Assembly: GCA_017941735.1 (NCBI GenBank)
Contig: JAGAVW010000042.1
Location: forward strand, 236-64,235
DNA: 64,000 bases
From: Solobacterium sp.
Lineage (GTDB): Bacteria > Bacillota_I > Bacilli_A > Erysipelotrichales > Erysipelotrichaceae
Direction: 5' to 3'
The notes below the pieces were generated by a model. It saw only the letters and a list, made by a program, of their open reading frames with translations, was not told where the DNA came from and ran no database searches. Each line of letters opens with the position of its first letter. Within the stretch, counting starts at the first letter, position 1. Shown one piece after another: positions 47,311 to 57,300 of this stretch. The position numbers and the translations under genes were made by a program.

Positions 47311-49065
47311 ATGGAACTAAAATACAAAGACATGATTAAAGCATTAGCCTTAATCGAAGATGAAAGAAGAATTCCGGAAGAAGTTGTGATTGGTGCATTA
47401 AAAGAAGCTATGTGTAAAGCTTATAAGAAAGATATGGATCTTTCCGATATTAATGTCGAAGCCGAGCTCAATGACAAAGCAGGTACCATTGATATTTACC
47501 AACTTTATAACGTTGTTGAAGACGTGGAAGATGATGAATTAGAAATGGAATTAGAGGATGCGCGTGAGATTAAGCCGGATGCACAAATTGGCGATGTCGT
47601 TCGTCGTAAGGTCGAAATCACCAATATGAGTCGTGCTGCAGCTTCGTTAGCACGTAATGTCATTCGTCAAAAAGTTCGTGAAGCGGAGAAAATCGCAGTC
47701 TATAACGAATACATTGATCAATTGAATGAAATGGTTTTAGGTATCGTTGAATCTGTAAAAGAGAAGTTTACCTTAGTCAACTTAGGGAAAACCGTTGCGA
47801 TGATGCCAAAAAGTGGCCAAATCCCAGGAGAACGCCTTGTGGAAGGCCAAAAACTACGTGTTGTCATTACGGAAGTCAACAAAGAAACAAAGGGCTCTCA
47901 AGTATTGGTATCGCGTGCAGATGCGATGTTAGTACGTCGTTTGTTTGAAAAAGAAGTTCCTGAAATCTACCAAGGAATCGTGGAAATTAAAGCGATTGCG
48001 CGTGATGCGGGTGAACGCACGAAGATGGCTGTCATTTCGCATAATGAAGAAATTGATCCAATTGGTGCATGTATTGGTCAACGTGGAACACGTGTACAAG
48101 AAATTATTGAAGAACTACATGGCGAAAAGATTGATATTTTCCCATGGTCGGAAGATGAAACTATCTTAGTTCGTAATGCCTTAGCACCTGCGGAAGTGGA
48201 AGCCGTATTACCAAATGATGAAGAAGGTGGATTATTAGTTGTTGTGGATGAAGACCAACTTTCTTTAGCGATTGGCCGTAAAGGAAAAAATGCACGCTTA
48301 GCAGTAAAACTATGTAACTGTAAAGTTGATATTAAGACAAAAGAAGAGCTTATTGAAAAGGGCTTAGATTATGATGCGTTATTAGTAGAAGCAGAACGTC
48401 GTCATGAAGAACGTCAAAAAGAGATTGAACGCCTCAATATTGAGCGTAAAGAAGCGGCTGCCAAGGCAGATGAAGAAAAACGTCTTGCGGCATTAGCAGC
48501 GATTCAAGAACAAAAGGCTAAAGAGCCAGTTGTGGAAGAAGAAGCAGATGAGCTCATTCCAGAAGAAATGCGCGAAATGATGAAAGAAAAGATTCGCACA
48601 GAGATGGCGCTCCAACAAGAACAACCAGTAGAAGAAGAAAAACCAGTTGAAGTGGTGGAAGAAGAACAACCAGTTGAACAAGAGCCAGTGGTTGAAGAAA
48701 AAGAAGAGGAAGCACCAGCACCAGAAGTGAAAAAACCTGCAAAACGTACCAAAGCGGATTTGGAAAAAATGGCAGAAAAGAACGAATATGTTTCTGAATT
48801 TGAAAAACTCGCGGATACTTCAAAGCCAAAACAACAAGACAAGCCAAAGCGTAAAAAACGTAAAGCAGATGATGAAGATATCAAAGTACGTAATAAAGTA
48901 CTCGAACAACAATTACGTAAAGACTTAGAAACTTCCAATGTGAAACCAATCTATACCGAAGAAGAACTCGAAGAGATTGAACGTCAACAAATGGAAGAAG
49001 AGGAAAGTCAATACGATATCGATTACGATGAGTATGAAGAATACTATGATGAGGATAATGACTAA
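47311..49065 (+). CDS. nusA: Transcription termination/antitermination factor NusA with a ~230-aa acidic/basic C-terminal extension
   Basis: NTD, S1, KH1 (GQRGTRVQ), KH2 (GRKGKNARLA), then an E/K/P/V-rich low-complexity tail. Confidence 0.96.
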   Translation: MELKYKDMIKALALIEDERRIPEEVVIGALKEAMCKAYKKDMDLSDINVEAELNDKAGTIDIYQLYNVVEDVEDDELEMELEDAREIKPDAQIGDVVRRKVEITNMSRAAASLARNVIRQKVREAEKIAVYNEYIDQLNEMVLGIVESVKEKFTLVNLGKTVAMMPKSGQIPGERLVEGQKLRVVITEVNKETKGSQVLVSRADAMLVRRLFEKEVPEIYQGIVEIKAIARDAGERTKMAVISHNEEIDPIGACIGQRGTRVQEIIEELHGEKIDIFPWSEDETILVRNALAPAEVEAVLPNDEEGGLLVVVDEDQLSLAIGRKGKNARLAVKLCNCKVDIKTKEELIEKGLDYDALLVEAERRHEERQKEIERLNIERKEAAAKADEEKRLAALAAIQEQKAKEPVVEEEADELIPEEMREMMKEKIRTEMALQQEQPVEEEKPVEVVEEEQPVEQEPVVEEKEEEAPAPEVKKPAKRTKADLEKMAEKNEYVSEFEKLADTSKPKQQDKPKRKKRKADDEDIKVRNKVLEQQLRKDLETSNVKPIYTEEELEEIERQQMEEEESQYDIDYDEYEEYYDEDND

Positions 49066-49322
49066 TGCCTAAAAAAATACCAATGCGTAAGTGCGTTGTG
49101 ACAAATGAACAATTTCCAAAGAAAGACTTATTACGAATCGTTAAAACACCAGAAGGTGAAATCGTCTTTGATGCGACAGGGAAGCGCAATGGACATGGTG
49201 CCTACATCAAAAAAGATGTCGAGGTACTAGAACTTGCGAAAAAGAATCATGCCTTAGAGCGTGTCTTTGGAATGGAGATTTCAGAAGAAGTATATAAACG
49301 ACTAGAAATGTATTTACGCTAA
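49065..49322 (+). CDS. ylxR: YlxR family RNA-binding protein (DUF448)
   Basis: 85 aa; MRKCVVT...GRGAYI-like motif; between nusA and infB. Confidence 0.9.
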   Translation: MPKKIPMRKCVVTNEQFPKKDLLRIVKTPEGEIVFDATGKRNGHGAYIKKDVEVLELAKKNHALERVFGMEISEEVYKRLEMYLR

Positions 49323-49401
49323 GTTAAAAAGAAAAGGAAGAGGTGATGTATTGCGTTATTAGGTTCCAATGGAACAAGGATTAGAAAGTGAGGGATGAAG
49401 A

Positions 49402-51252
49402 ATGCCAAAGAATAACAAACCAACAAAAAAACCAAATCAAGGTAAGAAACCAGCTGGCCGTGAAAAACAAGCACCACAGCCACGTAATAACAAACCAGAG
49501 ATTCACGAGATTACCTATAGTGAAGGAATCACAGTCGGTAAACTTGCGAAGAAATGTGGGCGTAATGCCAGTGAAATCATTAAGGCCTTATTCATGGAAG
49601 GCAAAATGGTAACCATTAATAGTCCACTTGATGACGATATGGTCGAAACCGTTTGTATTGCCTTTGAAATTGAACCAATCAAGGTAAAAGAGCATGATGA
49701 GGATTCTTTAGAAGATGAAATCCAAGATGATCCATCTTCTTTAGTGGAACGTCCACCTGTTGTTACAATCATGGGACACGTTGACCATGGGAAAACAACA
49801 CTTTTAGACTCTATTCGTAGTACAAAGGTCGTAGATGGAGAAGCGGGTGGAATTACACAAGCAATTGGTGCTTACCAGATTGAGGTAAATGATAAAAAGA
49901 TTACCTTCTTAGATACACCTGGGCACGAAGCTTTTACAGCCATGCGTGCACGTGGTGCAAAAGTTACTGACTTAGCAGTTATCGTGGTTGCGGCAGATGA
50001 TGGGGTCATGCCACAAACCAAAGAAGCAATTGACCACGCCAAAGCTGCAAATGTCCCGATGATCATTGCGGTAAATAAGATTGATAAACAAGATGCAAAT
50101 CCAGATCGTGTTAAGAATGAACTTGCAGAACTTGAAATTATGCCTGAGGAATGGGGTGGCGATACCATCTTTGTATCCACTTCTGCAAAAAAAGGCGAGG
50201 GAATTCAAGACCTATTAGAAACGATTGTTACACTTGCGGATGTGCAAGAGCTTAAAGCCAATCCAAATCGTCTTGCAACAGGAACTGTTATTGAGGCTAA
50301 GCTTGATAAAGGAAGAGGCCCAGTTGCTACATTACTTGTCCAAAACGGTACCTTAAGACAAGGGGAACCTGTTGTAGTAGGAACCTGTTTTGGTAAAGTG
50401 CGTAAAATGACGGATGAAGATGGTAATGAGCTTGAAACAGCAGGTCCAAGTACACCAGTTGAAATCATTGGTTTAAATGATGTGCCAGAAGCAGGAGATA
50501 TCTTTAAAGCCTTTGATAATGAAAAAGAAGCACGTGCTCTTGCGGACCGTAGAATGCGTAAGAAGCAAGATCTATTGCGTCGTAAGAGTTCTGCCGTTTC
50601 ACTCGAAGACTTATCAAAAGAAATTGAAGCGGGTGAAATCCAAGAGATTCCAGTTATTGTTAAAGCAGATGTACAAGGTTCTGCAGAAGCAGTGAAATCT
50701 TCGCTTGAAAAAATCGATGTGAAGGGCGTTAAAGTCAATGTCATTCATAGTACTGCTGGTGCGATTTCGGAATCGGATATTATGTTAGCAGATGCATCCA
50801 AGGCGATGATTATTGGCTTCAGTGTACGTCCAGATGCAAATATTCGTCGTAAAGCAGAAGAAGCAGGTGTCCAAATTCGTTTGCATAATATTATTTATAA
50901 AGCAACCGAAGAAATGGAAAATGCGATGAAAGGTATGTTAGCACCAGTCTATACCGAAGTCATTATTGGCCAAGCAGAGATTCGTGAAATCTATAAAGTA
51001 TCTAAGATTGGGACAATAGGTGGCTGTATGGTTACAGATGGGAAACTGGTATCCCATTGTGGTGTACGTTTAATTCGTGATGGCATTGTCATCTATACGG
51101 GCGTCTTAGGTTCCTTAAAGCGTTTTAAAGATGATGCGAAAGAAGTCATGAGTGGTTATGAATGTGGTATCACGATTGAGAACTATAATGATATTAAAGT
51201 TGGAGATACGATTGAAGCTTACCAAGAACAAGAGGTAAAGCAGGAGGTCTAG
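49402..51252 (+). CDS. infB: Translation initiation factor IF-2
   Basis: [21 protein letters not shown]; basic N-terminus. Confidence 0.98.
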   Translation: MPKNNKPTKKPNQGKKPAGREKQAPQPRNNKPEIHEITYSEGITVGKLAKKCGRNASEIIKALFMEGKMVTINSPLDDDMVETVCIAFEIEPIKVKEHDEDSLEDEIQDDPSSLVERPPVVTIMGHVDHGKTTLLDSIRSTKVVDGEAGGITQAIGAYQIEVNDKKITFLDTPGHEAFTAMRARGAKVTDLAVIVVAADDGVMPQTKEAIDHAKAANVPMIIAVNKIDKQDANPDRVKNELAELEIMPEEWGGDTIFVSTSAKKGEGIQDLLETIVTLADVQELKANPNRLATGTVIEAKLDKGRGPVATLLVQNGTLRQGEPVVVGTCFGKVRKMTDEDGNELETAGPSTPVEIIGLNDVPEAGDIFKAFDNEKEARALADRRMRKKQDLLRRKSSAVSLEDLSKEIEAGEIQEIPVIVKADVQGSAEAVKSSLEKIDVKGVKVNVIHSTAGAISESDIMLADASKAMIIGFSVRPDANIRRKAEEAGVQIRLHNIIYKATEEMENAMKGMLAPVYTEVIIGQAEIREIYKVSKIGTIGGCMVTDGKLVSHCGVRLIRDGIVIYTGVLGSLKRFKDDAKEVMSGYECGITIENYNDIKVGDTIEAYQEQEVKQEV

Positions 51253-51253
51253 A

Positions 51254-51607
51254 ATGGCGGATGTAAAGCAAAAGCGTCTTGCGGGTACCATCCGAAAGAA
51301 TATAAGTGATATTATTCAATTTGAGGTCAAAGATCCTAGTGTTGGATTTGTCACCATTACAGATGTAGAGGTTTCAAGCGACCATAGTTATGCGACTGTC
51401 TATGTTTCCTTTTTAGGGAAAGAAGAGCGGGCTGCAGCTGGCTTAAAAGCTCTAGAACGTGCAAAAGGACATATCCGCACACAATTAAGCAAACGCTTAA
51501 CCATACGACGTTGCCCAGAACTCATTTTCAAGATTGATGAAGCAATGCAGAATGGGCAAAAGATTGAAGAAATCTTAAGAGAAATACACGAAAAAGAACA
51601 AGAATAG
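51254..51607 (+). CDS. rbfA: Ribosome-binding factor A
   Basis: 117 aa; KH-like RbfA pattern (VTITDVEVSSDHSYATVYVS). Confidence 0.95.
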   Translation: MADVKQKRLAGTIRKNISDIIQFEVKDPSVGFVTITDVEVSSDHSYATVYVSFLGKEERAAAGLKALERAKGHIRTQLSKRLTIRRCPELIFKIDEAMQNGQKIEEILREIHEKEQE

Positions 51608-51633
51608 ATTGCAGAAATGCAATCTTTTTTTTT
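51606..51633 (+). terminator. Strong rho-independent terminator after rbfA
   Basis: agattgca gaaa tgcaatct followed by T9. Confidence 0.85.
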
Positions 51634-51680
51634 GAGGAGTGCCTTTAAATTCACAAACAATATAAGTGAAGGAGGATGAA

Positions 51681-51980
51681 ATGAAATCAATTACAGTACA
51701 ACCAGAAGAAGTAGAAGCATGTGCAATGCGAATCGATGATGAAAATATGCATTATCAGCAAACTTTTGCACAACTATTTGAAGCGGTCGATGCGATGAAA
51801 GCAGGCTGGCAAGGAAAGGATAATACCGCCTTTAGTAATCAAATTCGAAAATATGAAGGAGACTTTAGAGAAATGTCTGTGCTTTGTACACAATACAGTG
51901 AATTCCTAAAGAAATCAGCGCGGGCTTATCGTGAGACGCAAGATTCAATTGCATCCCAAGCATCTAATTTAATTCAATAG
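51681..51980 (+). CDS. WXG100 (ESAT-6-like) family protein 1
   Basis: 100 aa helical hairpin with a central W-x-G (AGWQGKDNTAF). SD aggagg then ATG 51681 (track GTG 51666). Confidence 0.85.
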   Translation: MKSITVQPEEVEACAMRIDDENMHYQQTFAQLFEAVDAMKAGWQGKDNTAFSNQIRKYEGDFREMSVLCTQYSEFLKKSARAYRETQDSIASQASNLIQ

Positions 51981-51990
51981 GAGGTAAATC

Positions 51991-52290
51991 ATGAATGGAC
52001 TAAAGATTTCACTTGCGGAAGTAAGTGAATGTGCAATGAAAATTCGCAATTACAACCAATTAATGTTTGAGCAACTATCCAATATGAAGAAAGAAATGAA
52101 TCAAACCAATGCATCTTGGATATCCGATGGTGGAGAAGCAATCCGTGCAAAGTTTAATCAATTTGCAGCACGCTTTGATACCCAAAAAGAAATCATTGAT
52201 ACGTATGCAAAGTTCTTAGATATGACGGTATCGAATTATGATTCCCTTGAAACAACGATTCATTCCAATGCTTCGGGCATGCAAGCTTAG
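51991..52290 (+). CDS. WXG100-like family protein 2 (non-canonical turn, C-terminal YxxxE)
   Basis: 99 aa paralogue-like (EVSECAMKI versus EVEACAMRI). Turn is ASWISDGGEA. YDSLE lies near the C-terminus. SD aggagg. Confidence 0.75.
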   Translation: MNGLKISLAEVSECAMKIRNYNQLMFEQLSNMKKEMNQTNASWISDGGEAIRAKFNQFAARFDTQKEIIDTYAKFLDMTVSNYDSLETTIHSNASGMQA

Positions 52291-54349
52291 AAGTATTATC
52301 CTTTGCATTTTCCTTGGCGCCTTGACGCTTGTAAGTACAGGGTGCCAAGGTCCTCCAGTGGCTGCTTATACCTTAGGAGAATGGTTTCAAAGAATCCAAG
52401 AGCATGCAAATTTAGTTGCCTACGAACGTCAACCATATTTTCATCATATTGATGCGAATAATTATTATTTTGATGCGGTACAAGCCCTAGTTGATTGGCA
52501 AATAGTAAAACAAGAAGACACGATTGAACTAGAAAATCCTCTGACCAAAGAATGGGTTGCTTATACACTTGTGAATTTACTTGAATTTGAAACAAATACA
52601 ATCGATCAAGAAATCAAAGATGTGAATCAATCAAGGTTTCCAAAACAGGTATCGCGCGCCGTCTCTTATGGTTTATTCTCATTGAACCAATTAAATCAAT
52701 TTGAACCAAAAGAAATCATTGCGAAAGAAGATGCCGATGCATTATTAGAAAAGGTAATAAAAACCATTAATAATCGCGATTTTGGAACGAGTCAAATTCA
52801 AGATATTCAATGGAAAGACCAGGATAAAATCATCGAATTAAGTCCAATTGAATGGAATGAAGATAAGATTCTTATTACGCATAATCCAAGTTTAAAGACC
52901 AATCAAACAATAACGATTGATCATGCTTTATACAAAATCTTGGAAATTGAAGAAGGCATACCTTATGATGCATTAAGAATTGAACCAACAAGCATAGAAG
53001 AAAGTGTCGATACAATCCATTTATTAAATTCTTTTGAAGTCGATTTTGAAAATGCCTATATTGTTGAGGAAAGAGATAACAAGCATTCTTATATCATCAA
53101 TGAAAACCATCATCTAATGGCCTATGCATTGCCTAGTCATTCCTTTGACTTCAATGGTTTCCAAGTGCAATACCAACTAACTAGTGCTGGTTTTCAATGT
53201 AAAGTCACTAAAAAGATGGACCATGGCACACTTGAAGGGATATTCAACCTTAATTCCATCCATCCGAGTTATCAACTTGATTACACAAAGGGAAACGTAG
53301 AATCTGCCTATTTTAAGCTTGCTTTTCAAACCTCAGAAAAAGTGGGATTTCATCATAGTAACTATAAGACACTCTATGGAGATTTTAGTGAATTAGATCC
53401 AAAGAATTTATGGAATACGATTCAATCAATTTTTAAGAATCGTAACGAAATCGAAAACATCGCCATTCCGATTTGTACCATCGCAATCCCTATACCTGAA
53501 GCCCCAGGCCTAGATTTAACATTAGCTTTGCAAGTGAAATTAGGCGCGAATGGTAGGGCAGAACTCGTTTTAAATCAACAAGAGTGTTTTGGAATGGAAG
53601 TACGAAACGGACATATGCGTCCTTTCTCGGATTTTGATCATTCATCTAAAGCAGAGATACAAGGCGATACGTCTTTGCTTGCTTCGATTCAGTTTGCGCT
53701 AAATGGGTTTAAACAGAACCTCATGGATTTATCCTTTGAAGGTGGTGCGAAAGCTTCTTTTGATACGCAAGTGCATTTATATGAGGATGATGGAAAAGAA
53801 GTAAGGAATAGTGATTTACCAATTGATGCCTTAGATGAGCTTGGTGACGGGAATGGAAATTTTATGGCTTGCGCAGATGTGCATGCGTATTGGCTATTAA
53901 ATGCGCTTATCAATAGTAATCAATCTTTACTTGGACGCCATGGGTTTACGCATCAATTTGCATTATTAAATGAAGAAAATGCGAGTCTTTTTCCAGGTAG
54001 TAAACATATTGAAAATGGGCACTTTGTACCAAAATGTACTAGATTACAACGGGAAAAGAAAAAGAAGAAAGAAGAAACGACCTTAAGTACAAATCAAATT
54101 CAATTAGAGGCTTATGTCATTGAACTAAATGAATCAGAGCATAAGTCGATACATATTCTTTCTTTACCAAAAGGTTATACCAAAGAGGACTTACAAATTA
54201 CATCGACTAAACCAAATATCGTAGGTGTAGATGGGAATGGAAATTTAACTGCCTTAAAAGAAGGAAATTCGATTATCCAAATTCAAACAAATGATGGGAA
54301 ATACAAGCAGAATTGTACGGTAATAGTCCGTATTCAAAAAGACAAATGA
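52238..54349 (+). CDS. Exported (lipo)protein with SLH-like N-terminal repeats and a C-terminal Big_2 Ig-like domain
   Basis: Signal peptide ending LVSTGC (near-lipobox). Alternative start ATG 52268. Two degenerate SLH-like repeats by eye. Lys-rich linker REKKKKKEE. Big_2-like C-terminus (ITSTKPNIVGVDGNGNLTALKEGNSIIQIQT). No further TM segments. Confidence 0.7.
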   Translation: MIPLKQRFIPMLRACKLRSIILCIFLGALTLVSTGCQGPPVAAYTLGEWFQRIQEHANLVAYERQPYFHHIDANNYYFDAVQALVDWQIVKQEDTIELENPLTKEWVAYTLVNLLEFETNTIDQEIKDVNQSRFPKQVSRAVSYGLFSLNQLNQFEPKEIIAKEDADALLEKVIKTINNRDFGTSQIQDIQWKDQDKIIELSPIEWNEDKILITHNPSLKTNQTITIDHALYKILEIEEGIPYDALRIEPTSIEESVDTIHLLNSFEVDFENAYIVEERDNKHSYIINENHHLMAYALPSHSFDFNGFQVQYQLTSAGFQCKVTKKMDHGTLEGIFNLNSIHPSYQLDYTKGNVESAYFKLAFQTSEKVGFHHSNYKTLYGDFSELDPKNLWNTIQSIFKNRNEIENIAIPICTIAIPIPEAPGLDLTLALQVKLGANGRAELVLNQQECFGMEVRNGHMRPFSDFDHSSKAEIQGDTSLLASIQFALNGFKQNLMDLSFEGGAKASFDTQVHLYEDDGKEVRNSDLPIDALDELGDGNGNFMACADVHAYWLLNALINSNQSLLGRHGFTHQFALLNEENASLFPGSKHIENGHFVPKCTRLQREKKKKKEETTLSTNQIQLEAYVIELNESEHKSIHILSLPKGYTKEDLQITSTKPNIVGVDGNGNLTALKEGNSIIQIQTNDGKYKQNCTVIVRIQKDK

Positions 54350-57300
54350 TTATTACGGTAATTGAAAACTTAAAAAGTCGTTATCTTTTCCTTAAGACGA
54401 ATATCGAATCCTTAGAATTAAAAGAGGAAACGATTCGTCTTTTAAAAGTGCGTGAGGGCTACCACATCGAATTAACTGCATCATTTTCCTTTTTAGACGA
54501 ACAACTTTTAAAACAAGGTAGTACGGTAAAATTGCTTCATAAATTCACGGGAGAAGTCATTCTTCTATATGCATCTATCTTTTTAGAAGGATTTACACAT
54601 TTTCAAAAATATGCGATTGAAAAAGCAATTCTAACGATTGGAAATATAGGCGCAGATATTGTGATTCCGGATCAAAGAATACAAGAAAAGATAAGCATTG
54701 ATTTTACGAAACAAGAGATTCAAAATGCCAATCCTTTCTTTGTCGCAATGAACCACAATTGTATTCAAGAAGCTACTTTTAAAAACGGAGATTGTTTACA
54801 GATTTTAGATATTCAGCTTTTATTCCATGAATCTTTCTTTATGATGAATTATCCAAGTGCGATAGAAGTAAATCTTACGCCTTATAAGATACCTAAAGAA
54901 GCGAAACAATTACCTACGCATACATTAATTGAAACAAAGAAAAGACCTTGTATCAAAGAAAAACCAGTACCAATGGAAGTGCTGTTTGAAGAACCTATCA
55001 AGCTTCATTCTGTGAATCGTAATCCTTTAATTTTTATGATGGGACCAGCCTTAATGATGTCCTTTGCGACTTTATTAAGTGGAAGTTTAATGTTTTATCA
55101 AGGTTTATTAAATGGACGTAGACCTATTGAAATGTTACCGATGGTGCTACTACCAGGTGTTATGTTACTATCGACCTTATTGTGGAATCCATTACAAAGA
55201 ATTTATGAAAAACATAAACAGACAAAAGAAATCAAAGAAAGAAATCATGCCTATAGAGAATACTTACTTGCACTAGATAAAACTTGTCGTAAACATGATT
55301 TATCTTATCAAAAGGAAATGGAAGGGCAATTTCCATCCCTTCATTCCATTTTTGAAGGAAATATGATAAAACAGTTTATTTATGAGCGAGAGTGTGATGA
55401 TTATCGCTTTTTATCCTTGCGTTTAGGGATGCATAAAGAATCGAGCATCACCTTTAAACAATCCTTTAAATTAGATAAAAAGGATGAAATTAGGCACATG
55501 ATTGACCATTTTCAAAAGAAATATGATAAATCATGTCCATTACCATATGTATTAGGCTTTAAAAATTACCAAAGCATTGGCCTTATTGATGTTGATGGAA
55601 ATGGCTTTACGAATCTTCTTTTTCCGTTTGCGTTTTTTCATAATCCAAATGATTTAAAGATCGTTGTTTACGGGGATCAAACCTTCTTTAAACAACACTT
55701 ATTTCTATATAATCTTCCACATATACATCATAATGGGTCTTTGTTATTGGTAGATCAAAAGAAGCATTTAGATTCTTTATTATTGGAATTGAAGAATAAG
55801 GGCTATGCGGTATTAATATTTGCGACAAAACATATACCAAATATAGATGGAATCTATCAAATACAGCTATTAAAAGAATTTCAATATGGCTTTGATGTTT
55901 TACTTCATCCATCTGACCGATCTATTTTTATGAATAACCAATGGTTTTCCGTTGATTTTGATAATTTTGAAATAACGGAAGAATCTTTTTCCATCTTTAC
56001 GTATTATAAAGCTCCAGGTAGCATCAATGAAGTCATAGAAAGTCCTAGTTTTTATTCGATTCATAATTTGAAAGCAATTGATAATAAGATAATTCATGAA
56101 AATTGGCGTAAGAATCATGTATATGAAGGAATGATTGCGCATATTGGAGCAAAAGAGAATGGCGAAGTGATATACCTAAATCTACATGAAGATTATGAAG
56201 GCCCACATGGACTAATTGCAGGTATGACAGGGAGTGGTAAGAGTGAATTATTATTAACTTTGATTTATTCGCTTTGTATAAACTATTCGCCCCATGAATT
56301 GCAATTTGTATTAATTGATTTTAAAGGTGGAGGTCTTTCTTCAAACTTTTTCATGCAGGAAGAATATGAACCGCATATTTGTAATGTGTTAACGAATTTG
56401 GATGAATCTGAAATAAAGAAGGCAATCTTATCGTTGGAATTAGAATGTCGCTATCGGGAAGCATTATTCCAAGAAGTAAGTAAACAGCTCAGTACACCCA
56501 TCTATCATATTCATCAGTACCAACGAATGGCTGCGTTAAAACATTGGAAGTATCTACCATCTTTAGTGATTATTGTTGATGAATTTGCGGAATTAAAAAG
56601 AGATTATCCCGACTTCTTACAAGAACTCATTCGTATTGCACGCGTTGGCCGTAGCTTAGGCATTCACTTAATACTCTCTACTCAAAAACCAAGCGGTATT
56701 GTGAGTGAACAGATTTGGGCGAATGCGCAATTTAAAATATGCCTAAAAGTGCAAGATGAAATTGATTCAAAAGAAGTATTAAAAGTTTCAGATGCTGCTT
56801 ATTTACGTGAAAAGGGTGAATTCTATTGCATCAGCAATCATGAATTAGAGAAAGGAAGATCTGGTTATATTCATGCCTTATATGAAACCAATCCGAAACG
56901 CATGCGACTTTTAGATTTTTGTGGTAAGGAAATTGAAACCTTTCAAGCACAAACAGAAGTAGAATCATACCAAATGGAATACATCCTAAATGCACTTTTA
57001 TGTATGAAACATGATTTAAACATTCCTTCCTATCGGATTTGGCTTCCGCCTTTATATAAAAAGAATTGTCCCAATCCATTATTAAAAGAAGGGATACCCA
57101 TTGGGGAAATGGATTGTATTGATTTGCGTAAACAAATCCCATTATCCTTTCAAGAAGAATCGCTGTTGGTTGTAAGTCCTAATCGAGAAGAAAAGAAACA
57201 ATTTTTCTTACTTCTGCTAGATAGGTTATCGTTACTGGATGATTGTTTATTATTCATCATTGATGACTTAGAAATTGTCGAAGAGAAGACGCAATACTTT

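Noticed and set aside
49323-49401. Possible remnant of ylxQ between ylxR and infB
   Set aside because: The gap is only 79 nt with no ORF. It simply contains the infB SD (gtgaggg).
51634-51680. Promoter for the T7SS-like operon
   Set aside because: Only a weak tataag (51661-51666) with no properly spaced -35 or TG extension. I could not support a promoter call, so expression may depend on an activator, an alternative sigma factor or read-through. It is left unannotated.
54054-54077. A-rich run (aaaagaaaaagaagaaagaagaaa) in the lipoprotein gene as a possible slippery or phase-variable tract
   Set aside because: It is interrupted by G every few bases, so there is no homopolymer of 7 or more. 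It encodes a Lys/Glu linker, and no alternative-frame ORF continues from it.
4365-54345. Longer N-termini suggested by the ORF track for many genes: 4365, 5095, 6236, 6922, 7428, 8983, 11001, 11668, 14577, 26897, 27688, 32852, 33897, 51666 and 54313
   Set aside because: In each case an internal ATG (or TTG for the kinase) is preceded by a proper SD, forms an ATGA/TAATG coupling with the upstream stop, or sits 6-9 nt after a -10 box. The extensions add non-conserved residues or create large overlaps.
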